A stretch of 64,000 bases of DNA from an uncultured virus (IMG/VR IMGVR_UViG_3300044619_001509) (lineage: Duplodnaviria > Heunggongvirae > Uroviricota > Caudoviricetes), in the IMG/VR virus record IMGVR_UViG_3300044619_001509; one strand, 5' to 3'. Made by a program: the position numbers and the translations under genes. The notes beneath the pieces were generated by a model that made no database searches, had not been told where the DNA came from, and was given only the letters and a program-made list of their open reading frames with translations. Of the stretch, positions 29,414-38,802 are shown in pieces. How positions within the stretch are numbered: position 1 is the stretch's first letter; each line of letters starts with the position of its first letter.

Positions 29414-31872
29414 TGAATTTTGTTGTAGCAATCAAAACCGAACCAAATAGACTTGTGAGAGAAATATCTCGCAACGATATTGTAGTTTTGATGTCAAAGA
29501 ACGAACAAGTTGCAAACAAAGATATAATTCATAGAGATAAAGCATATCTTAAAAAATTAGAAGGTGTTTGCTTTGAGTGTTCTAAATTAAATGCACAACC
29601 ACCACAAGATGTTTGTGAACCACCAGAACCAGATAATCCCACTCCTCATGGTTGTCAGGATTACAATAATCCTTGTTTATGTTTTAATTGCCCAGAACCA
29701 CCAACGGGAAACTGCATAACAGGTTATCCATTACGAAATACTCCAGATCTAGGTTCTGGTTATTGGATTGGTTTAAACGCAAATGCTTTCTATAGCAATC
29801 CTGTCGGTGGTGGATGGTTGGTTGCTGTTAGTTGTGCGAGTGGTGATATCGTTGGTGCATTTCCCGTAACAAATAATAATTTTGGTTATGGGAGGGGAAC
29901 TATTTTAACAGAACCAGTGATGGTATATCCCGCAGGCGCGGTTAATGGTGCAGGAATACAACCACAAAATAGAACAACATTTCCTGTTCTTGGGTTAATT
30001 CCTTCAGACGGAAATGCAATAATTGCTCAGGGATCTTTTAATATATTAACAACAAATACTCCAGTAGGAATACCATCATCAAATCCTCCGTATTTTTGTT
30101 TATCAACAGATAGTTTTGTTGTTAATATGCCACCTCCGAGTCCGTGCATACGAAAATACGGAACTTCGGAATGTCCTGATTTTAAATTTTTCCCAGTACA
30201 AGGAACCGCACCAGAATATCAAGAAGAAAATTATTTGTTGAATATTAAAAATGTTCCAAATTTTCCAACAGAACTTACTGGTAAAACTGTTGTAGTATTC
30301 GAAAATAATTTGGGAACATATTCGTCTGTTGTTGATTTTACAAGATCCGCATCTGATGCATTGAGTGGAACTTGTGGTGGGGATCAATGGCCAGATGATG
30401 CTGTTGGTGGTTGTACTTCTTGTGAAAATTGCAATCCCGCTGTTCCCTGCCAATATCTTGCAAATTTAACAAATGGTAATTTTAATGTTAATTATTATGG
30501 TTATAACGCAGCAGCAAATGGTATCGAATCATTTGTAGCTATTGGTCCTTCAAATCCTCCAAGTAAAAATGACGCAGGAGATCTGTCGAATACAACATTC
30601 TGGGAAGATTGGTGGGGTTGGGATGAAACCCAATCTTATGTTAATAATATTGTTTTCTCATTTGGTGATGGAAGTCCCACACCTTTTGTAATACCACCAA
30701 TAAAAACATTAAATGATGAATGCTCTTGTGGATTGCAACTATCATCCATACAAACAATACATTATATTGATCAGTTCCCTGTTTGTTGCACAGCAGGTGG
30801 TATTCAAGGCGGACCGACTACAACTATATTAACAAGTCGTGTTTCAAGTGCAACATGTGCTTCTGAATGTTCTATTTGTGTAAGTACCGCCTGTATATCT
30901 GGAATTGAAAGAGCTGGACCAAACGGCCCCGAAAAGGTTCCAGTAGAAGGAAAATCAGGAAAATATTCATATACTCCTTGTTATATTTGCAACGGTGATC
31001 CAGAACCAATATTGAGAGACACATCTGGTTTGTGGTATTTGTCAGAAGCACAAAGTGGAAATATAGCATATTTGCAAAATAATGGCACAATACCACCACC
31101 AAATCCACTCAATCAATCCTGTGAAAATGTTTTATTTGCTTTTTCTTCTGGTGCGGCTTGTTCGAATCCATGCACAACAATAATGTACGATGAAAATGGT
31201 TTAGGTTTATATGCAATTGATGAAACCGCATTGATGAATTGTGCAGGAATTCTTAAATCGGGAATTGATAGTGATTGCTTTAAAGCAAAATTTTTACCAC
31301 AAATATATCAAAACAATCAATTAAGACTAAAAACTCCAGATAATGTTATTAATAATACTGACTTTTATATTTCGAATGAATTGGTTGCAAATATAGAAAT
31401 TTTAATAGATGGTACATGGGAAAACCTAAAAACAGAATTATATGGACCCGATACATCAAGTAATTACTGGTATAAGAATAATTTTGGTCCGTTGGGGCCA
31501 ATGAAAAATAATTCTGGTAAATGTGCGGATCCTTTCCTTTCTGCATTTGAAAATTGTGCTGTGCCTTTTACAGATATAATTCCAGTTATTTTAAATCCTG
31601 AATGTGGACCAAATGGAGTATATGGGTGGATAGAAACAAGTGGAATAGCAAGAATGAGAAACGAATTATGTAAAGAATGCGTAAATGGTCAATTGGTTCC
31701 TTCTTTAAACACTACAGATCCGTGTTCTTGTTGTTTTCAGAGTGTAAATCAAATTAGTGGAAATTTGGGATGTTCTGGTGGAAATTGTCCACCCGCATGT
31801 GAGGGGTTAGATTGTGTTACGGGAGTAGCACCGCCAGGGGTAATAATAACAAGTGCCACAGGATCCTGCTAA
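29413..31872 (+). CDS. Cys/Pro/Gly/Asn-rich hypothetical protein
   Basis: 819-aa ORF with about 45 Cys; coupled to the previous gene (TAATG). Confidence 0.6.
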   Translation: MNFVVAIKTEPNRLVREISRNDIVVLMSKNEQVANKDIIHRDKAYLKKLEGVCFECSKLNAQPPQDVCEPPEPDNPTPHGCQDYNNPCLCFNCPEPPTGNCITGYPLRNTPDLGSGYWIGLNANAFYSNPVGGGWLVAVSCASGDIVGAFPVTNNNFGYGRGTILTEPVMVYPAGAVNGAGIQPQNRTTFPVLGLIPSDGNAIIAQGSFNILTTNTPVGIPSSNPPYFCLSTDSFVVNMPPPSPCIRKYGTSECPDFKFFPVQGTAPEYQEENYLLNIKNVPNFPTELTGKTVVVFENNLGTYSSVVDFTRSASDALSGTCGGDQWPDDAVGGCTSCENCNPAVPCQYLANLTNGNFNVNYYGYNAAANGIESFVAIGPSNPPSKNDAGDLSNTTFWEDWWGWDETQSYVNNIVFSFGDGSPTPFVIPPIKTLNDECSCGLQLSSIQTIHYIDQFPVCCTAGGIQGGPTTTILTSRVSSATCASECSICVSTACISGIERAGPNGPEKVPVEGKSGKYSYTPCYICNGDPEPILRDTSGLWYLSEAQSGNIAYLQNNGTIPPPNPLNQSCENVLFAFSSGAACSNPCTTIMYDENGLGLYAIDETALMNCAGILKSGIDSDCFKAKFLPQIYQNNQLRLKTPDNVINNTDFYISNELVANIEILIDGTWENLKTELYGPDTSSNYWYKNNFGPLGPMKNNSGKCADPFLSAFENCAVPFTDIIPVILNPECGPNGVYGWIETSGIARMRNELCKECVNGQLVPSLNTTDPCSCCFQSVNQISGNLGCSGGNCPPACEGLDCVTGVAPPGVIITSATGSC

Positions 31873-31874
31873 AA

Positions 31875-31882
31875 CATAAATA
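31875..31882 (+). promoter_or_regulatory. Late promoter CATAAATA
   Basis: Intergenic, upstream of AGGAG RBS and the small head gene. Confidence 0.6.
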
Positions 31883-31898
31883 AAAATAGGAGAAAATT

Positions 31899-32075
31899 AT
31901 GAACATTATTGATAGTTTATTAGACAATAATCAAGAAGAATTTAGAAATCAAATTAATTCTGCACTTTTTGCCAAAATTAAAGACGCTTTGGCTGAAAAG
32001 AGAGTAGAAGTAGCATCTTCTTTATACGATAATACGGATGAAGAAGAATGTCAAGAATGCCCACCTCAAGAATAA
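31899..32075 (+). CDS. Small acidic prohead core protein, gp67-like (not in ORF track)
   Basis: 58 aa MNIIDSLLDNNQEEFRNQINSALFAKIKDALAEKRVEVASSLY...; AGGAG RBS; position before gp21. Confidence 0.7.
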   Translation: MNIIDSLLDNNQEEFRNQINSALFAKIKDALAEKRVEVASSLYDNTDEEECQECPPQE

Positions 32076-32085
32076 GGAAAGATAA

Positions 32086-32736
32086 ATGTATCTTATCTCA
32101 GAACATATAGAACAACCAGTTAAAGTTTTAGCGGAAAGTAAAGATGGCAAAAAGAACTTCTTTATTGAAGGTATCTTTATGCAAGCAGAACAAAAGAACA
32201 AAAATGGTAGAGTCTATCCTTGTTCTGTGCTAGTTAACGAAGTTGCCAGATATACCCAAGAATATATTAAAGAAAATCGTGCTTTAGGTGAACTTGGACA
32301 TCCAGAAGGCCCAATTATCAATCCAGAAAGAGTTTCTCACTTGATTACATCTTTAAGAGAAAATGGAAACGATATTATAGGCAAAGCTCTTATTTTGGGA
32401 ACTCCTTACGGTAAAATCGTAGAGAATTTTCTTGATAATGGAGTTAAATTGGGTGTTTCTTCCCGTGGGTTGGGTTCCTTAAAGGAAATTAACGGTGTTA
32501 ATATGGTTCAAGAAGACTTCAAATTAGCTACTGTTGATATTGTTACAGATCCATCTGCACCAAGTGCGTTTGTAAATGGTATTATGGAAGGTAAACAATG
32601 GGCATGGGAAAACGGTATTCTTAAAGAATCCACAATTGCAGATATCAAAAAGACTATCTCAAAGACTTCTTCCCAAAGACTAGAAGAACAATACTTAAAG
32701 GCATTCAAGCTTTTATTTCCAAATAATAGAAAATAA
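32086..32736 (+). CDS. gp21: Prohead protease
   Basis: FIEGIFMQAE..NKNGRVYP, ALGELGHP, GVSSRGLGS, DIVTDPSAPSAFV. Confidence 0.96.
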   Translation: MYLISEHIEQPVKVLAESKDGKKNFFIEGIFMQAEQKNKNGRVYPCSVLVNEVARYTQEYIKENRALGELGHPEGPIINPERVSHLITSLRENGNDIIGKALILGTPYGKIVENFLDNGVKLGVSSRGLGSLKEINGVNMVQEDFKLATVDIVTDPSAPSAFVNGIMEGKQWAWENGILKESTIADIKKTISKTSSQRLEEQYLKAFKLLFPNNRK

Positions 32737-32742
32737 TAAATA
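32735..32742 (+). promoter_or_regulatory. Putative late promoter AATAAATA upstream of gp22
   Basis: Near-consensus; TAAGGAG RBS downstream. Confidence 0.5.
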
Positions 32743-32765
32743 AAATAGATTACTAAGGAGAAATT

Positions 32766-33884
32766 ATGGATCCCGTATTAGCAGCAAAAAAATTAATTGA
32801 TTCTTTGGTTGAAGAAGAACTAAAGACATTAGGTGAAGAAAAAGAAAACGAAGATTCTATGGATGAAGATCCTATGGAACAAGAAAACGATACTCCAGAA
32901 ACAGCAGGAAATGCAGCAGGAAATCAAGCATCTGTTGCAATGAAACCAGCAGCTTTTGGTAAAGCATCTTCCGCAGAAATAATTCAAGATGCTCATGGTG
33001 GATCTACAAAAGATGCTCATGGGGGGAAAGATACATTGCAAACTATGCAATACACGGATACTTCCGCACAGAACCGCGCTTCTGTTGGAATGAAACCATC
33101 ATTCGCTACGAGTGGTGTTTCATCAATGAGCGAAGAAAAGGTTCGCGAAGATATTACAAGTATCTTTGGTTCTGAAGAACTCTCCGAAGAATTCATGAAT
33201 AAGGCTGGTTCGATTTACGAAGCAGCAGTAATAACAAAAGCAAATGAAGTTGTTCAAGAAATTCACGAACAATATGAAAATGCTTTCAATGAAGAAGTAG
33301 AAAATATCAAGACACAACTCTCCGAACAAGTAGATTCATATTTGAATTATGTTGTTGAAGAGTGGATGGAAGAAAACAAGTTAGCAATTGAAAGTGGTAT
33401 TCGTACAGAAATCGCAGAAAACTTCATTGCACAATTGAAAGACTTGTTCATGGAATCCTACATCGAAGTTCCACAAAACAAGACAAACTTGTTTGATGAA
33501 ATGACAGATGCGATCTCTGAACTTGAAAATAGAGTAAATCAAGAACTAGAAAAGAATGTTGATCTTGTTAATGAAAACAAGGCTCTTCGCGCAGTAACTA
33601 TCTTCAATGAAGCAACGAAGAATTTGACTGACGGAGAAGTAGACAGAATTTCTAGACTAGCAGAAAACATTGAATTTATCACTGAAGATGATTTCTCAGA
33701 TAAGGTAAAGACTTTGGTAGAAAACATCACAAAGAAACCAGCAATTAAAGAATCATCAAAGAAAGACAATAGCAAGTATTTGGTGGAAACCGTAATTGAA
33801 AGTGAAGATAATGATGTACCTTCCGAGAATCCAAAAATAAACATGTACTCAAATGCCATCTCAAGAATGAGTCCAAATAATTAA
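32766..33884 (+). CDS. gp22: Prohead core scaffold protein
   Basis: Acidic coiled coil; LSEEF..KA..IYEAAV, VDSYLNYVVEEWMEENKLAIE.GIRTEIAE.F. Confidence 0.92.
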   Translation: MDPVLAAKKLIDSLVEEELKTLGEEKENEDSMDEDPMEQENDTPETAGNAAGNQASVAMKPAAFGKASSAEIIQDAHGGSTKDAHGGKDTLQTMQYTDTSAQNRASVGMKPSFATSGVSSMSEEKVREDITSIFGSEELSEEFMNKAGSIYEAAVITKANEVVQEIHEQYENAFNEEVENIKTQLSEQVDSYLNYVVEEWMEENKLAIESGIRTEIAENFIAQLKDLFMESYIEVPQNKTNLFDEMTDAISELENRVNQELEKNVDLVNENKALRAVTIFNEATKNLTDGEVDRISRLAENIEFITEDDFSDKVKTLVENITKKPAIKESSKKDNSKYLVETVIESEDNDVPSENPKINMYSNAISRMSPNN

Positions 33885-33888
33885 AAAA

Positions 33889-33896
33889 TATAAATA
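33889..33896 (+). promoter_or_regulatory. T4 late promoter TATAAATA upstream of gp23
   Basis: Exact consensus in an intergenic gap. Confidence 0.8.
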
Positions 33897-33927
33897 AAAA
33901 TAGAAATCTTTAAAGGAGAATTCAACA

Positions 33928-35391
33928 ATGTCAGGTATTTACTTATCAGAAAACACAAGAGCAAAGTGGAAGCCAATCGTCGAACACGAAGCACTTCCAA
34001 AGATTACAGATAACTACAAGAAGACTGTAACAACTATTCTTTTGGAAAACCAAGAAAAAGCATTGAACGAAGTTTATCAAGGAACTGGTTCATCTCAACT
34101 TGGTGTAATCCAAGGCCCAACAGGTACATCGGGTGCAATCGACGCATTCGATCCTGTTCTCATCTCACTCGTAAGACGCGCTATGCCAAATTTGATGGCA
34201 TACGATTTTGCTGGTGTTCAACCAATGACAGGCCCAACGGGTTTGATCTTTGCAATGCGTTCTCGTTACGGTGGAGATAGAACTGGAGCAGAAGCATTCT
34301 ACAATGAAGCAAACTCTGGTTACTCTGGTGGTGCTGCACCTAACGGTGGTTTGACACATTCAGGTACGATGGGTAACTTGTTTGCAAACGATATTCAATC
34401 GACACAAGCAGGTGCATTTGATGCAGGTAAGCCTGCGTTAACAAGTCAAATCGAAAGAGCATTTGATCAAGGATATGCAGCTACATTTGATCAATCTGGT
34501 GGTTTCGCAGAAATGTCATTCAGCATCGAAAAGACATCTGTTGTTGCTAAGTCTCGCGCACTAAAAGCAGAATACACAACAGAACTTGCACAAGACTTGA
34601 AAGCAGTACACGGTCTTGATGCTGAAACGGAATTGGCAAACATTCTTTCGACTGAAATTATGTTTGAAATTAACCGTGAATTGGTAAGAACAATGTACGA
34701 TGTTGCTCAACTTGGTTGCCAACAACCAGATCTTGACGCAGTTGCATCGACAGCAAACCGCTTCCGTGTTGGTCTTGCTGGTGGTATCTACGACCTCGAA
34801 AGAGATTCTGATGGTCGTTGGAGTGCAGAAAAGTTCCGTGGTTTGACTTTCCAAATCGAACGCGAATGCAACGAAATCGCAAGAATCACTCGTAGAGGAA
34901 AGGGTAACTTCGCAGTAGTATCTCCTGATGTTGCTTCGGCTCTTTCTATGAGTGGTGTACTCGACTTCTCAGCAGTATTCAACCCATCAATGAATGTTGA
35001 TGTTACTGGAAACACGCTCGTAGGAACTCTCCACGGTGGAAGAGTAAAGATCTATGTTGACCCATATTCACAAACAAGTACAAACTTCGTTTGTGTAGGA
35101 TACAAGGGAACCTCACCATATGATGCTGGTATGTTCTACTGCCCATATGTACCGCTACAAATGGTACGCGCAGTTGATACGAGAAACTTCCAACCAAAGA
35201 TTGGTTTCAAGACTCGTTACGGATTGGTATCAAATCCATTCGTAAGAACACTCATCAACGCAGACGGTACTCCAAACCTTTCTGCTGGTGCAAATGACGG
35301 TGAAACATTGACTCGTAGAGTCAACCCATACTACCGCATCTTCAATGTAAGAAACATCCACGGTAACGATGCTTCATTCGGTGGTTCATAA
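33928..35391 (+). CDS. gp23: Major capsid protein
   Basis: DPVLISLVRRAMPNL, GVQPMTGPTGLIFAMR, KSRALKAEY..ELAQDLKAVHGLDAE.EL, YCPYVPL, FQPKIGFKTRYG. Confidence 0.98.
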   Translation: MSGIYLSENTRAKWKPIVEHEALPKITDNYKKTVTTILLENQEKALNEVYQGTGSSQLGVIQGPTGTSGAIDAFDPVLISLVRRAMPNLMAYDFAGVQPMTGPTGLIFAMRSRYGGDRTGAEAFYNEANSGYSGGAAPNGGLTHSGTMGNLFANDIQSTQAGAFDAGKPALTSQIERAFDQGYAATFDQSGGFAEMSFSIEKTSVVAKSRALKAEYTTELAQDLKAVHGLDAETELANILSTEIMFEINRELVRTMYDVAQLGCQQPDLDAVASTANRFRVGLAGGIYDLERDSDGRWSAEKFRGLTFQIERECNEIARITRRGKGNFAVVSPDVASALSMSGVLDFSAVFNPSMNVDVTGNTLVGTLHGGRVKIYVDPYSQTSTNFVCVGYKGTSPYDAGMFYCPYVPLQMVRAVDTRNFQPKIGFKTRYGLVSNPFVRTLINADGTPNLSAGANDGETLTRRVNPYYRIFNVRNIHGNDASFGGS

Positions 35392-35417
35392 TTCTTAGTT
35401 ACTGATTAAGTGGGAAG

Positions 35418-35446
35418 AGAGCGGAGAAATCCGCTCTTTTTCTTTT
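35418..35446 (+). terminator. Rho-independent terminator after gp23
   Basis: Stem AGAGCGGA / GAAA tetraloop / TCCGCTCT followed by a T-rich tract. Confidence 0.85.
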
Positions 35447-35453
35447 CTACATA
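35446..35453 (+). promoter_or_regulatory. Putative late promoter variant TCTACATA upstream of gp3
   Basis: Immediately after the terminator, where a restart is needed; TA(A/C)ATA core. Confidence 0.5.
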
Positions 35454-35471
35454 TTGTATAAGGAGAAAACA

Positions 35472-36011
35472 ATGTCTCAATTTGTAACAGGTTTTAATCG
35501 CGCTCCGCAAACAATAGACTTAGCACATACCAATAAGTTCAGACTGACAATACACAAGTATCCCTATGTGGAATATTTTTGTCAAAAAGCGAATATCCCT
35601 GGCCTTGATATTCCAGAATATATTCAACCAAGTCATTTTACAGCAATTGTAAGACCCGCAACCACAATTAATTACGAAAAACTAGAAGTTAGTTTTTTGG
35701 TTACAGAAGACTTGCAGAATTGGTTGCAGTTGCATGATTGGATGACAAAGATTGTTCCAACCAGATCATTCCGTGAAGTAATTCAACCAGAAAAAGATAT
35801 TTACTCTGATATCACTTTAACCATTTTAAGCAACAAATCTCAAAGAGTAATGGAAGTAAATTACAAACAATGTTGGCCAAAATCCCTGAGTGGAATTGTT
35901 TATGATGCTACCACACTTGACACAGCAAATCCTGTGGCAACGGTAGTATTTTCTCATGCGGGTGCAACTGTCACTCACAAATCTACAAATAAAGAAAGTC
36001 CTGTAGCTTGA
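35472..36011 (+). CDS. gp3: Tail tube terminator/completion protein
   Basis: NKFRL.I.KYP.VEYFCQ.ANIPG, FLVTEDLQNW...HDWM, WPKSLSGI.YD; ATG after AAGGAG. Confidence 0.85.
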   Translation: MSQFVTGFNRAPQTIDLAHTNKFRLTIHKYPYVEYFCQKANIPGLDIPEYIQPSHFTAIVRPATTINYEKLEVSFLVTEDLQNWLQLHDWMTKIVPTRSFREVIQPEKDIYSDITLTILSNKSQRVMEVNYKQCWPKSLSGIVYDATTLDTANPVATVVFSHAGATVTHKSTNKESPVA

Positions 36012-36036
36012 CAATCTCAAGCCAATGTGATACTAT
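36008..36036 (+). promoter_or_regulatory. Sigma70-type early promoter for uvsY-uvsW
   Basis: TTGACA-17 nt-TACTAT with TGn extended -10. Confidence 0.75.
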
Positions 36037-36046
36037 TTAAAATACT

Positions 36047-36484
36047 ATGGATATACAAACACTTAAACAAGAACTAGAAAAAGATTTAAAAATTAACGAT
36101 GCTGAACTCGACACAGAATCTTTAAAGATTCCTAAGATTCACAACAAATACTTAAACATTTTACACGAAGAAAAAATTCTTCTTCAGTCACTTCGGTTGA
36201 AAAAAAGAATAATGCTTCGTGAAAAATGGGAATACTATACTGGCAAAGTAGATGCAGAAACCCTTAAGCAAAAAGGATTGGAACCATTCAATTTGAAAGT
36301 GTTAAAGCAAGATTTGGATCTTTACATAGATTCCGATCAAGATATTTTGCAATTAGATTCAAAGTTAATTACCCAGCAAGAGAAGGTGGATTATCTTCAA
36401 GATGCCATCAAAGCAATAAATAATATGCAATGGCATATAAGAGATGCGATTGCTTGGCGTAAATTTATAAATGGTGTAAACTGA
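36047..36484 (+). CDS. uvsY: Recombination mediator UvsY
   Basis: LDTESLKIPKIHNKY, KWEYYTGK, PFNLKVLKQD, IRDAIAWRKF. Confidence 0.9.
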   Translation: MDIQTLKQELEKDLKINDAELDTESLKIPKIHNKYLNILHEEKILLQSLRLKKRIMLREKWEYYTGKVDAETLKQKGLEPFNLKVLKQDLDLYIDSDQDILQLDSKLITQQEKVDYLQDAIKAINNMQWHIRDAIAWRKFINGVN

Positions 36485-37971
36485 TGGATCTAACAATCAA
36501 CGACGAGAATTGTGTTTATATTAAAGTTAATTGCGAAAGATCTTTTGCAAAGGAACTTTCAGAATTTTTTACATTTTATGTACCTGGCTATAAGTTTATG
36601 CCAGCATATCGAAATAAATTTTGGAATGGTCAAATAAAACTGTACAACATATACACTCAAGAAATATATGCTGGTTTAAAAGATTATGTGGTTAAATTTG
36701 CCAATGATAGAAATTATTCTATTCAAGATAACACAAAACCCATCGGTGAAGAAATAACAATTGAACAGGTTGCAGAATTTATTAAATCATTAAACCTCAC
36801 GGTTGGTGGTAAACCAATTGAGATTCATCCCCATCAACTTCAAAGTATTCATCATTCAATTAACACAGGAAGATGTCTACTTGTTTCTCCAACGGGTTCT
36901 GGAAAAAGTTTAATTATTTATTGCTTGGTGCGTTGGTATTTAAATAAGTTACCAAAGGAAAAAAAGATACTCATTCTTGTTCCCACGATTTCTCTTGTTT
37001 CACAGATGTATTCTGACTTTGTGGATTATGCCACGAAAGATTCTTTTGATGTACACAGAAATGCTCACAAAATATTCGGTGGACAAGATAAAGAAACCAA
37101 AAAAAGAATAGTCATTTCAACATGGCAAAGCATCTATAAACAAGATGTTTCCTACTATGAAAACTTTGCTGCTGTGTTTGGTGATGAGTGCCATTTGTTC
37201 AAGAGCAAATCTCTTACCGACATTATGACAAAACTTAATACTTGTCCATACCGAATTGGTACAACAGGAACTCTTGATGGTACTTTGACTCACAAATTAG
37301 TTATTGAAGGACTATTCGGTAGAGCATACAAAGTTACATCAACTAAAGATCTAATCGACAAAAACATATTGTCAAATCTGTCAATTGATTGCCTTCTGCT
37401 CGGATATTCTGATGAAATTCGTAAGTCTCTAAAGGGTATGACCTATCAGGAAGAGATTGATTGGATCGTGACAAATGATCTTCGAAACAAGTTTATATGC
37501 GATTTGGCAAACAGTCTCAAAGGCAATAGTCTTATTCTGTTTCAGTTTGTCGATAAGCATGGAAAGAAATTAAAAGAGATTCTTGATAATATGAACACAG
37601 GAAGAAAGATCTTTTTCATACATGGTGGAACCGATGTGGAAGATCGTGAAGAAGTGCGTAAGATTGCAGAAACAGAAGAAAATGCAATTATAATTGCATC
37701 ATATGGAACCTTCTCCACAGGAGTTTCTATTAATCGATTACACAATATTATATTTTCTTCACCATCAAAAAGTCGTATTCGTGTTTTACAAAGTATTGGT
37801 AGACAATTAAGAAAATCTGAGTTTAAAGAAAAAGCCAAACTCTATGATTTGGCTGATGATTTGTGTTGGAAGTCATATAAAAACCATACATTCAAGCATC
37901 ACGAAGAACGACTTAAGATATACGAGTCGGAGAACTTTGAACACAAGAAGATCAAACTGACGGTTGTATAA
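36484..37971 (+). CDS. uvsW: SF2 DNA helicase UvsW
   Basis: SPTGSGKS, DECH, TGT, YGTFSTGVSI, LQSIGR. Confidence 0.95.
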   Translation: MDLTINDENCVYIKVNCERSFAKELSEFFTFYVPGYKFMPAYRNKFWNGQIKLYNIYTQEIYAGLKDYVVKFANDRNYSIQDNTKPIGEEITIEQVAEFIKSLNLTVGGKPIEIHPHQLQSIHHSINTGRCLLVSPTGSGKSLIIYCLVRWYLNKLPKEKKILILVPTISLVSQMYSDFVDYATKDSFDVHRNAHKIFGGQDKETKKRIVISTWQSIYKQDVSYYENFAAVFGDECHLFKSKSLTDIMTKLNTCPYRIGTTGTLDGTLTHKLVIEGLFGRAYKVTSTKDLIDKNILSNLSIDCLLLGYSDEIRKSLKGMTYQEEIDWIVTNDLRNKFICDLANSLKGNSLILFQFVDKHGKKLKEILDNMNTGRKIFFIHGGTDVEDREEVRKIAETEENAIIIASYGTFSTGVSINRLHNIIFSSPSKSRIRVLQSIGRQLRKSEFKEKAKLYDLADDLCWKSYKNHTFKHHEERLKIYESENFEHKKIKLTVV

Positions 37972-37974
37972 ATA
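37967..37974 (+). promoter_or_regulatory. T4 late promoter TATAAATA
   Basis: Exact consensus overlapping the uvsW stop, before AAGGAG and ATG 37991. Confidence 0.7.
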
Positions 37975-37990
37975 CTTAGAAGGAGTGTCT

Positions 37991-38662
37991 ATGGAGAATT
38001 CTAAATTCATAATACTTAAAATGATCTCTGGTGAAACTCTTATTGGCAATCTTGTAAAGAAAACAAGATTGGGATACACCATTTCCAATCCATTAGTATA
38101 TCAAGTAATCGCTTCAACTACTCCTGCGGGTCAGATTGTAAAACAATTTGTTTCGTTTCGACCTTGGTGTGAATTTTCAATCGACAAGGAAATAACCTTT
38201 AAAAACAACAATATTGTCGGGCCAGATATAACACCAAACCCAGATTTGGTTGATTTTTATTGTAAGGAAGTTAATAATAGAAACGCTCCAAAAGAGGAGC
38301 GCAAGGAAGAACCAGAGACAGAGACAGAACCACCACAGAACCAACCAACAGATAAGGTTCGTGGAACATTAAACTTCAATATGGAGTTTATGAATCCAGA
38401 AGATCTTCAAATGTTTATGGAAAGTGTGCAATTTGGTCTTGATAATTTGATTGAGGGAGAAGATTCAGATCAAATTATTGAAGATGCTCAGGAAGAACTA
38501 GAGGCGTTCTTCGAATCAAATCATATTCCTTATAAGAAGCCAAATAAGAAGGCCAAGAAGAAAAAGACATCGAAAGAGTCTTTTGATCTTCCTTACAACA
38601 AAAATGGCGACCCAAAAGATCCATCCAGTTGGTCGGATAATCCAAGTGATTATCTTGAGTAA
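37991..38662 (+). CDS. Hypothetical protein (N-terminal Sm-like beta domain, acidic C-terminus)
   Basis: ILKMISGETLIG...NPL...PW pattern seen in genes between uvsW and gp55 of T4-like phages; fold is inference. Confidence 0.6.
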   Translation: MENSKFIILKMISGETLIGNLVKKTRLGYTISNPLVYQVIASTTPAGQIVKQFVSFRPWCEFSIDKEITFKNNNIVGPDITPNPDLVDFYCKEVNNRNAPKEERKEEPETETEPPQNQPTDKVRGTLNFNMEFMNPEDLQMFMESVQFGLDNLIEGEDSDQIIEDAQEELEAFFESNHIPYKKPNKKAKKKKTSKESFDLPYNKNGDPKDPSSWSDNPSDYLE

Positions 38663-38700
38663 GGCTTTAGAGCTAAGCTATCTGAATAGCCCACACAGCC

Positions 38701-38728
38701 ATTATAAGCCCACTTGATTTTTTGTCAA
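38701..38728 (-). promoter_or_regulatory. Consensus sigma70 promoter on the minus strand (antisense)
   Basis: Minus strand reads TTGACA-16 nt-TATAAT; no credible minus-strand CDS follows. Confidence 0.6.
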
Positions 38729-38753
38729 GCCCTTTTCTTGAAAGATTTTTATC

Positions 38754-38781
38754 TTGCTTTCTTTATACATCCTTGTATAAT
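38754..38781 (+). promoter_or_regulatory. Sigma70-type promoter for gp55
   Basis: TTGCTT-16 nt-TATAAT. Confidence 0.6.
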
Positions 38782-38802
38782 CTGAGCAGAAAGGTTATAG
38801 AT

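Noticed and set aside
35391..35472. Absence of gp24 after gp23
   Set aside because: The gp23-gp3-uvsY-uvsW order without gp24 is normal for cyanomyovirus-like T4 relatives
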